A stretch of DNA of 52,484 bases from Catajapyx aquilonaris (lineage: Eukaryota), in the NCBI GenBank assembly GCA_000934665.2, contig JYFJ02002694.1, positions 1 through 52,484 of the forward strand, in the 5' to 3' direction. Below, in pieces: positions 27,501 to 37,897 of the stretch (position 1 is its first letter; each line of letters begins with the position of its first letter). The notes under the pieces are model-generated. The model saw only the letters and a program-made list of their open reading frames with translations. It did not search any database and was not told where the DNA came from. The position numbers were made by a program, and so were the translations under genes.

Positions 27501-30500
27501 TGTATTTAATCCCATACTACACGATCCTGTGATATTATTAGTCATATTCCTTCAGGTATATAACTACACTCCATACGTACTTGGTGATAAAATAATCCCC
27601 TGCCATATGCATGTTACTCGCGCAGTGAAAAGAACTCTCTGTGACTGTTTTGACGTGCATGTGTAAACTAACCTGCAAGGTAACGTGACAGTGAAAAACA
27701 CCCGACAAGGTGCGAAAATTGTAAAGAAACCTCTTCCGTGTTTCTGTGCCATGGTATAGTGTACGACCTTCGGACCTTCGCTACTCGTTACATAACTCCC
27801 ATCAGTTGTACCGAGTCTCCCAGTATTTCTCACGACCTGATGGCCGCTTTGCCACTACAACAATGACTGTTTCTGGTGTACTTTCGTCCTGGGAATGACT
27901 CCAGCACGTAATCAAGGATTGACCTTGCACTACTTACGAGCTGAGAAAAAATAAAAAGAACTATGCAGTCATTAGGTTATTGAGGTTAGGCAGGTTTTTC
28001 CCTATACATTTTGCGTGTATAACGCGTGCTTATTCAGTTCAAAGCCAGGTTGTAAAGATACGTAATCACAATCTAAGATTTTAACCAAATAGGCTATAAA
28101 AGTGTGTATATCCTCATATGCTTTTTACAACACCTACGCCCAATCTTCCTCCTATAAAAAATCACCCAATTGGTATTTAATAGCACATTTCCTTGCCCCA
28201 GTTTTTTTACGCAATTGGCCATTGGCGAAGTATAGGATTCTTAGGAGCATGAGAGCGTGCCTGGCCTTACACCCATTGATGCACTTAGCGACTTGTCTTG
28301 CAAAACTGAAGAAGAAAGGCAGGTCCATCAAAAGCAGCAACATCGCTTCTATGCCAGGCGCCAGCTAGCAAAGTGTATCAAAAAGCTCTTTTCCACGATG
28401 GAGAAAATAAGCTCCATCGCATCAGCTCCGGTCCGTCAACATGTATCCAGGGCTATTTGGCCTTTCCCCCCCCCCCCNCCCCCCCTCATGGTTTATTAGC
28501 CAGAGACAAACACCCTGGAAGTGCATTCTCCGGCACCGTTGTGCTCCTGGACATGCCTCGGATAATTCCCTTTTAATGAAGCATGTGCGCTCTGCAATCA
28601 ATTACTGGAGGTTTTGTCATCCTATTAAGCTGGGTCCGCTCAAACGCAAATTTGTGCGATAGATTTTTTTATTTTAAAAAAACGGCTGCACAGGGTGAGT
28701 CCAAAACCTAGTCAATACGGATACAAATAATCTAGGACTTCTGGAGTCAACTGTATACCCTGGCAAAAGGGTTAAGCAGAGCAGAACGCAATTTCACACC
28801 TCGGTTCATCCTGGATGTGTCGGGGAGACGATTTCATTCAGCGCAAAAACATACAGGGACCACTGCCATATTTATGTTGGAACTTGGGCATGATACTGAA
28901 ATTTTTTAAACATTTTATCTAGACATCTCTAGCGTTGCTCAAAATGCTTGGGGATGCTGAATGGGGGAAACCCATTCGGAATGTTGCCAACGGAACAGAT
29001 GCCAAAACCTGGCCGATATTCAAGCAATGACCCTCATTATAAGGGGCTCGCCACTCCTGCCCATTCAACCCGCTTCGTTGTAATGGGCGTAACGCACAAC
29101 ATGTGACGCCATCAAGGGCAAAGTTTCTGGCTCAGAATGGGGTTGAGTCTAGCCAAAATCGCCAAGCGCAAATTTTTTTTAAATGAAAAAAATGAAGGTG
29201 CCGAAGCCCTTCAACGCTTGTTTGATGTGCCGATGAAGGACACCCGCGACACGCCAATTTCGTATAGTGTCGCACTTGACGTAACGGACAGATTGCCTGC
29301 GCTGCCAGAGATACCTTCTATTTGAATCCTGATGACGCAAGTCTCCAGTAAATTATTAAAAACTGCATGTAGGATATTACGCCATTTTCGGTACTATTTC
29401 CGAATTTCACAACTTCCTGCTTTTTTGAAATTTTAAAAATGTAACGAGCATGTGTGCTCTTAAATGTTTACAGCATATCTGTGCGGAATGGGCACGTGCA
29501 GAACTTTTGCCGAAATTCGAAATATCTCCGGCCCTGGATTGAGAGGAATGCCTTGGCAGAATTCCTGTGTTCTGGTCCAGCTGGTTATCTTTGATGCCAC
29601 AGACGAAAAGGCGACATCAATTACATTCCAGATTTTTCTATATAGCCTTCTGTGTCCCAGTCGGCATCAGGACACAGAGAAAGTATGACGATTTCGACAT
29701 TTTTTTCAGTATCTCTCTGAAAATATGCCTTCCAAATTTTTAACATCTGGTCGGCCTTGGCATTCTGGGAGATATCAAAGACCTTGGACAAAAATGGGAC
29801 ACAGCCCAGCCTCTCAATCTGCCTCTCAAATATTGTTATAATGTCAACTTGCTTATTCCATTTTTACGACCGTAAAAAAAGGCGGTCATACATAGTATAG
29901 CGTTAAGTACGCAGCTTGAAAGTACTGTTTTTCCCAGGCCCCCGCAGTGATAAATTCAGGTACTTTAATGACGTCACTGTATTTTATGATCTTGCAACTT
30001 CTATAGTGCCCGCCAAGACGGTAATACTACGTCAAAGGTTTTTTCCCCAGGTATGTTTCCACCTTTTCTTCCTTTTTATTACACAGTTTTGTTAACTGCG
30101 TTACAGAATTATTGTTTCGCACAATTTCAAAGCAAGTGTTCTCCCCTAAGCACTCGTTACTTGGTGCCTGGTCGAAGGCATACCGTAATTGAATTTTGAA
30201 CAATGAGGCTAAGCGGTCAAGTGGTGGGAGCCACTTTAATTTCCTGGGGTACCAACTAAAGCATGCAGCTTATTAAATAGTAATTAACCGCCGTTGAGGC
30301 TTATAAAATCGGAAGGTCGTCTGCTTTCATCTAACGGTAATAGTGTGAATCGTACCCATCACGACAGTGCATGAAAAATACACTTAGCTACCATATTTTG
30401 GCTATAGCAGTTATCCGAAAACCGAGCGCATTTCACCCCCTAACACATTACCGGACTCCAATTACCCAATTAAATTGATCGCACTGTTTCGGCGGCGTTA

Positions 30501-31222
30501 CGCGTAGAAAATGAAGCCGAAATTTCGAGGTTGAAAAGTTTCGATCGGTTCGAAGCTATATTTTGCTACATGTTATGCAAGGGTGATCTATAACACACCA
30601 TCTTGGAATCGGTCCCATTTGACAGTCCCCATCAGCACAACACGCTTCCCACTATTTCTGTATACTTGACACGTGACACTTTGTTTATCCCTGCCCATGT
30701 CACGGTCCGTCACACCGGCTTCATCTCCCCAACGTAACGATCATCCACATTCTGGTTATCCCTGCACCATGTCCATGTGTGCTAAGCCACGCACTTCACG
30801 GTCATTCCCATCGGTGTCGCTCTTCACCACGTGGTTTCGTGCTCATTCCGCGTCCCGTGACGTCCTCGCTGCTAAGGCATGTTGTTGTGGTTACCTGTTT
30901 CTACAATGAAAAAATCACACGTGCACTCACCTATCTTGGCCAGACTTGCACAGAAGAGCCAGAGGGCAATGATAAACGGTGCCTCCACAGCCTGGAAGTC
31001 CACGATGGCCACATCATAGTTCTTCCGATGTGGAGCATCCGAGTGACCATCAGGCGAACTGGATGGAGACGCCGAGCCATCCTCAGGCGACGCCGAAGAC
31101 TGGTACCCATGAAGAGCCCAGCTAGGTTCAGCCGGATCCACCGTGCTTCCAGTACAATACACCAGCAGCAACAGCCAGATGATTGCCACCGATAAAGTTC
31201 TCCATCTGCTTTTCCTCCACAT
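3536..31222 (-). CDS. Nhe2: Sodium/hydrogen exchanger, plasma-membrane NHE3-like / insect Nhe2-like (SLC9A, CPA1 family), multi-exon, ~965 aa
   Basis: Exons read on the minus strand with GT-AG sites and matching phases: 31222-30931, 14366-14103, 7800-7604, 7529-7273, 7045-6828, 6773-6571, 6504-6344, 6211-5990, 5916-5778, 5565-5416, 5345-5285, 5235-5095, 4753-4646, 4529-4377, 3867-3536 (2898 nt, open to TAG). CPA1 motifs: [61 protein letters not shown]-terminal signal-like hydrophobic segment and a long cytosolic tail ending TKL. The tail exons below ~5990 are less certain than the TM exons. The symbol rests on recognised family similarity, not a search. Confidence 0.93.
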
Positions 31223-31229
31223 TGTGATA

Positions 31230-31307
31230 CTAGTACCGGTATGTCATGTCACACTCACCACCAAACAACAGTGCGACCGAACTCGACCGAGTTCGGTTCT
31301 TTACTGA
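31230..31307 (-). promoter_or_regulatory. Putative 5' leader of the NHE3-like gene: Inr-like TCAGT, 10-bp perfect hairpin, 5-codon uORF
   Basis: TCAGT at 31307-31303; inverted repeat ACCGAACTCG/CGAGTTCGGT at 31276-31297; ATG ACA TAC CGG TAC TAG at 31247-31230, ending 7 nt before the main ATG. The transcription start site is inferred only. Confidence 0.4.
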
Positions 31308-33010
31308 AGATACGGAGAGCGCGGGGCCTTCCAACTCTGCATGGTTACGACAGACAGGGTTGGAACTAACTGGCCCCGTTTTGCATCTCAAGGTGCTCAG
31401 GTAGCCGTGATGCCTTTTGTTACATGTTCCGGACCAAACAATTGGTCATCATTAGTAAGGGAGGATGGTGTGTGTATGCCGATAGATTGAGGGGGTGGGG
31501 AAAAAAGTAGGGCGAATTAAATGGTGGTTATCGGTTGGAGTGAATGGTTTATGGTATGCGCTTACCGTTATAATTTACAGGGGACCTGTCTTCAGGTGGG
31601 CAAAAGGGAGGGGTTTTGAGGTGGAAGGGTTCCAGTAGCTGTAAAATTCATTGGAAGTTTGTAGATGTCGGCTATACGCTCGTGAAACTTAATCATACGT
31701 AGGTTTCCACGGTTACTTGTTATTAGTTGCATTTACACACTGAAGATGTACAAAGATGCCCTGAAATCACTCGGGAAACTGTAATTTTGTATAGCCAAGA
31801 TTTTCTGAAGAGTTCATTAGTAAAGAAGCGGAATAATTGATTATTTTTTTCATTATCCATCCTACGTCAAATTGCGCCTAAGCATCACCCATGGCAACTT
31901 CTTATCAACTTCCTTTATGTCTCAACAGACTTTCTATCTATAAACTGGATGTTTACACAAGACTTCCAAGAGCGACACAAAATTAGCCAGGATTAATTCC
32001 GACCTCTTTTCGACCCGACCTCCTACAGCCCTCCTGAACAATAAAGAAGCTCGATTTAGCCTCCGTCAGTTTTCTTGCCTTTTTTTTTCCTTCGAACTAA
32101 TCAGTCGTGCCACTGTGGAGGGATATATCTGGCCAAACATCGAGATTATATCAACAGTTTTCAGTAACAGGCTGCACCTGCTGCCAGTGCCATTAACCCT
32201 GTTTTTGCAGTGGATTTGACGCCATTTTTACGACCATTTTATAGGAAATCGGCCCACGAACTTACGATTCAGCCTGGATGAATCAAATGATAGTGTCGCT
32301 ATAAAAGGTGCTGCACCTGGATTATGGGGATCGTTGTGCGCATACCACGTATGTGATGCAAGGAGACATTTGTTATTTATCCATGTACTGTGGCATATCC
32401 TTGCAATAAATATGATATGACATATCTGCCAGGAGGAATATATGTTATGGGTATCATATGAGAACTGGTTTGGCTTCACTTTTTGATGTGCCTGCCAAAT
32501 AACCACATGCAAGGTGTAATGATAAAAAATGAATATCCGTGACAAAGGCTTTGATCGTCCCGCTTCGAACAATAGCCATTATGTAACCGAATAAATATGG
32601 GATCCAATATGTTTGGCACGTGCAGGTTGTATTATCTGTCACTGTTTATATTGAAGGTAATCTTGTTATTGGCACGAAAAGGTCTTCAATCTGCATGAGT
32701 TAATAACCATGAGAGCTGCACACAATGCAGATGTTGCATGAGCACATCAATGGAGGTCAATAATTATTCAGCTAAAGTATTCTGGATGAGAGAAAAAATT
32801 ATTCCACAGCTCTGATGCAACAAGTTATGTAGTTTTTAATATTTGAAACATCAACCATTTGACCAAAAAATACAGTCCTTGTATAATAATGAAACATACC
32901 GTTATACAAGAGTCTTAAAAGGTGCAAACAGGAACAATTGAAATACAATTTTGGGAAGAAAATGCGGCAGGTCCCTCCTTGGTACATCAATACCTCTAAC
33001 TATAAGTTAT

Positions 33011-33180
33011 AGGTGTTGGGGACATAATGTTTTGAAAACTTGGGCATTTTAAAAAGTTAATTTTTTTTATTTTTAATTGAATTTATAGGCAAAGGTGCCT
33101 CTTCATGATGAGCGAAATCTATTGGCAAAAGTTAATTGGTCACACCCAAGTTCTCGAACATTTACACGCCCAGACATCCA
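33011..33180. mobile_element. Possible degenerate MITE downstream of the kelch gene
   Basis: Imperfect terminal inverted match: AATGTTTTGAAAACTTGGG (~33027-33044) versus the reverse complement of CCCAAGTTCTCGAACATT (~33145-33162), around an AT-rich core. No clear target-site duplication. Confidence 0.3.
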
Positions 33181-33357
33181 CAATAGTACAGTAACTTACA
33201 AAATAAAAAGCAGATATGCACAGAGAATCATCTCCCCACAATCACAGGACTCGAACTGCTTTTGATGCTGATTGGAAGCATACAAAGTGAAAAGGAAGTC
33301 GCTTAAGAGCTTTAAATACAATGAGGGCTAAGTAATTAACCATCGTCTCGGACGTTC

Positions 33358-35539
33358 CTAGTCCAGTCTTCGAAGGGGCAGCCTCAGAGTAGCAGCACCA
33401 GGACCAAATCGCCGAACCTGGATGTGACGGTACATTCCAGTGTAGAGTACATATTATCAAGGTACATATTAAGACGAATTCTATCCGAACCTACCTGCAT
33501 CGAATGAACGCAGTGCCACCTGTTTGTCCTGGGATTGAATTTTTCCACGGTGTTAAGTGAGTGTATCCCATCAAATCCGCCGATGCAGTAGACGCGTCCA
33601 CTGCATACAGACACAGCGAAGGAGCTTCGAGGGATGATCATGGCGCTGCTGACTGCCCACTGATTGGCCCCCGGATTGTAACTGAAACATAACGGTACAC
33701 CATGCATGATCTTCCTAAAGCTTGTCTCACGGATCGGTGTACCTTTCGACAGCCCGGAGCCAGGTACGTCCATTGAATCCTCCAAGTGCATAGATCTGGT
33801 CGTTGACAGCGGCGCAACCTAGGTAGGCTCTGGCTTCTCTCATTGGTTCCAGACACACCCATCTGCCCAGTGCTGGGTCCAGTCGCTCGCAGGAGTTGAG
33901 GTACTCTTCGTCTTCTTTGTTGGCTCCTCCGAGGCCCCCCATGGCGTACAGGATGCCGTTCAGCACTGTCACTCCAAGGTGACCGCGGTGGTGGTTCATC
34001 GGAGGCATCTCGCTCCAGCTGTCGGTCCGTTCATCGTAAGCCTGATGGTAATACACAGGTCTGGTATAGTACGCAAATCTGTCTATACAAGGCATGAAGT
34101 CATACCCAGGTCCGTTTTTCGTAGCACATGTCAGCTCTTCCTCCGACTACAATGAGACATCCGTCCAAGAAAGTAGCTCCTGCGCCATGAAGAGCCACTG
34201 GAAGTGGTGCCAGGGGTCGCCATTCGTTGGTTTCTCCGCTGTACCGTTCCAAGGAATTCACCGCAGTCTCGCCGTTGAGGCCACCTGTGACAGTTCAACA
34301 TTTTACTGACGTTGTAGCGACTCGTTTGGAGGTAAAGATTGCTCACCAACGACGTATATAAAATGGTCTTTGGCAGTGACTGCCGGGTATTGTCGGGGGT
34401 GACGGAGTGTCGGGAGGATCTTGAGGTCGTCGAAGACTCCCATGGAGGAAATGACACTGGGTACGCTGCACTTCCAGCTGTCGTATCCCAGGGCGAAACA
34501 TTCGGCTGAGGCCAACGGAATACCACTAGATTCGCCACCAATTGTCACCAACACCTTTACCAGAGAAGAAACAACCTCGATATGAAAGAAGTATATCTAT
34601 AAAGTGTCGCTCTCCTCACCTCTTGCTCAACCTGACATCGTGGTCTAAAAATTGCATCGTGGTTCTCCTGCTGAAATCCTTCCTCGTCGTCCTGGAGAAG
34701 GTACAGCAGCCTCTCTGGGGCCACCTGAGCCACGTCCACTTTGGACAGCAGAACCGGAAGGTGCTCGTGTCGCTCCTTCTTGGAGTGCTCCACCCAAGAG
34801 ACAAGCCTCTGAAGAAGCATGGACTCGTCGTTGACGTTCAGGAAGGGGGCGTCCAAGAAGGCCAGGATGTCCTGGCAGTTGAGCTCCATGAAGTCCTCCT
34901 GGAGCATCACCTCCTGGAAGTGGGTCCTGGCGAATCTGAATGCTTCTGATGCTAGTTGGTCCCAACCCCTCAGGTTCGCCAGTTGCCAAGTAGCCAGGCA
35001 GGTGGAACTGCTCAAGTGAGAGTTCAGATACTGGACGCAGAGTGGACGCAGGGCCTTGATCTGGAGGAAATCCGATGCGTCCACCACACCCACGATGTTC
35101 CATTCATTCAGCTGCAGTTTTGGGGAAGGAATCAGCTATGGTTGAAGCTGTTTGAGGACATTGTACTCACCTGTGCTTTGCCTGAATATATGAAGTCCAC
35201 GACCACTGACATGGACTCATACTCCACACCCTGTAGGGTCACTGTCTCTTCTCTAGATTCTTTCATTCCGCTACAGAACATGATCCTGATATGAAAAGTT
35301 ACAATATTGGATTTGTTGAATACAGCATAAGTGATATTTAGTTGTCACTTGACTGACCTGAAGTAAGGTGAGGCCGCTGCCAGTACAGAGCGATGAGCAC
35401 GCAGAGGTCGACCTTCCACCTGCAGGATGACATCGCAAAGGTCACCTTTAAGACGAAGCTCCTGCAGAGAGGTCAGGAGTGCTGCAGGAAACATGGCATC
35501 GTAGTACCGCGACGGTGAAACGTGGTCGTTTGGTCCCAT
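33358..35539 (-). CDS. Kelch-like protein (BTB-BACK-Kelch), probable CUL3 substrate adaptor, ~573 aa
   Basis: Exons 35539-35358, 35285-35171, 35111-34620, 34554-34347, 34284-34106, 34041-33743, 33681-33495, 33417-33358 (1722 nt, phases consistent). BTB motifs: LCDVILQVEG..AHRSVLAAASPYFR, MFCSGMKES, VVDFIYSG. BACK: FARTHFQEV..EDFMEL. Kelch repeats with GG/Y/W pattern (LYAMGG, IYALGGFNG, VYCIGGFDG..VEKFNPRTNRW). A probable non-coding 5' exon ends at 35879 and splices to the acceptor before 35591. Confidence 0.9.
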
Positions 35540-37897
35540 GCCTTATGAAGGAGAAGAATGGACAACAGTCAAGTAGGATTCACCTGGGTACCTGAAAGTT
35601 GCAATAGAATTAGCTGATGCAATAGATGGCTATGCTCAAGTCCACAGTTCAAGGTATAAACTATTCTTGGTGGACATCACCAATGTACCCAGATATGATT
35701 TGACAATATCGGCGTGTACAGTACAGGCATATATGTGTCACCGATCATACTGAATCGCGGTAACAAGTCCCTTTTAGTCGGCGCTGATGTCTAATGTACT
35801 CAAACTACACAGTGGTGTTATCGCGAGCTTCAGCTTGACCTTGACTTCAGATATATCGTTAGCGATTTACAGCTGACCTTTCACGAACCTTTCCGGACTG
35901 GACTGGTTCTCCGCTTCGCTCTTTTGTAAGATTCAGCTGGTCGTCAATAGTAAATATCAGTCAAACAACGCAACCGCAATTTGACACTGTTGACATAATA
36001 CTACACTGAACAGCGCCCCTAACAGCACCTGACAGCTGATGACACATTTTTGCATAAACCGCTCGTGATCAGAACACAAAGAGTGATAATGTTGCTGGCT
36101 ATTATTGTCATGACTGTACACACAGGGGCAGTCACCTTTGACTCTAAAAATATAATGCGGCGTAGGCGATGGATTACAAGAGACAACAACTCAGTTTCGC
36201 CTTCAACGGAAGCTTTAGCTACCGCCGGGCTAGACAACATGCCTTTCACACTGTTACGACCTTCACCTACATTTTAGTCCTTTGAGCCCATGTTAGGTCC
36301 TAATTTCACAGAATGGCACAATCAAAGATTGGCTTACCTGCTGTGTTCCAGTCTTATTGTGCAACAATTGTGGTGTAACAACACGGTATGTATGGTGTGC
36401 CTACAAAACGAGGTCACGCTTCACATGCATAACTTGGAAGCTGAGAAAGCGGATCGTTTTCCTTGATATGACTGGTGATGAGGACGTGCTGAACATGTGT
36501 GGCGACCGGATGCATCTCAGCTGCCCTCTGGCACCCTCTGTCCCCCCACCAACATACCCTCGCCAGCACCACTCTCTGAGTCTATCGCGTTCACCACATG
36601 CCACAAGGTCATCAACCTTGACTTATGTAATGGGCATGTCTCCAGATATTACAGCACTGGACTTTGATATTTAGCAGTTCTGCCAAGTATTTCTCAATAG
36701 TTTTATTGTTTCAGACATGTTGATATAATGAATGCAGCATATGGCAGCTGCAATGTAATCTTATCCATAGTGGTCAATGATTTTTATATCATGTATATTT
36801 GTTTGATGTAATCATTAGCAGAAAAAATAACAAACTGAATTTGTCTTAATACACAAAAATATGATACGTGTGCAGACATGATAAGCAGATTATGTACAGT
36901 ACTGTCTGGTTTTCCAGACGATAACATAGGTGTCATCACACCCTTCATTCACATGTCCTTTCAGTAGTGTATGATACATGTGCTTTCTTGATAAACACCA
37001 GAGAAACAGTCAGCAGGTCACAGTCAGGAATGACAACTAGCAAGACTAACTTTAGTTCATGCCAGGTTATGTTTAGAGTGCCTCCAGAAGGGAAGGACAA
37101 AGGTATGGAAATGTATGTGGGACTTACCCATAATAATATCCGCTGTGCTGAGTTGCGACCTGCAGTCATATCTTTTGGATCCCGGACGACACTTGTGACA
37201 GTCACCGCGTATAATATTTATATCTAGCTCGTCAGAAAACATTCTGCGACTGGCTTGTTCCCCCACTAGAAATGTGCCCTCTATGTCACTGCCATAATGG
37301 TTGCCAACGTTAGGCGAATAAGCACTGCTCTATAAAAATCACATTCTACAACTTGAAATTGCCTCCACTTGTTATTTTGAGATGGCAGATAAAAAACTAG
37401 TGGCTAGCACTGGATAGGGCTAGTGTATTGGGGACGCAGAATGTGGAGGCCGTAACGTTTGAAATCAATATGAAGGAACAGGGTTGGAAATGCTGGAGAA
37501 TCATCCAGGATGGGAACCATCTCTTTAATATTGGCCATGAACAATGACACCCAATTTTTTAATACACAACAGTTTAAAAAAGGGGCTGCCCCTCAAACTA
37601 CCTCCTTTTCATACAAAAAGGAAGATAAAAACCTGTAAAATATACTTGCCAACAATGATGGCACAACAGCCTTTCCACCACTCCACTAGCTGCCATTGAC
37701 TATTCTGTACAGGGCAGCACATATTTATCACAATAATAATGACTTTTCTCTCTCTCTACACATTGGACGACAATGAGCACAAGTTGAATTCAGAATAACT
37801 CTTTCCTAGGACACACAATAATATCTGGCACCAGAACCAAATTCCCTCCAAGCTCCTTTCACTTGTCAGTTTCACAAACACTTGAGTAGCACAGGAA

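Noticed and set aside
28466..28485. Poly-C tract containing an N (other poly-C runs near 12510, 16735 and 21035)
   Set aside because: Homopolymer with a base-calling ambiguity and no evidence of function.
36019..37266. Several 67-105 aa ORFs between the kelch and NHE8 genes, a possible small divergent gene
   Set aside because: No recognisable domain or consistent exon chain. More likely kelch promoter and NHE8 3' UTR or intergenic sequence.
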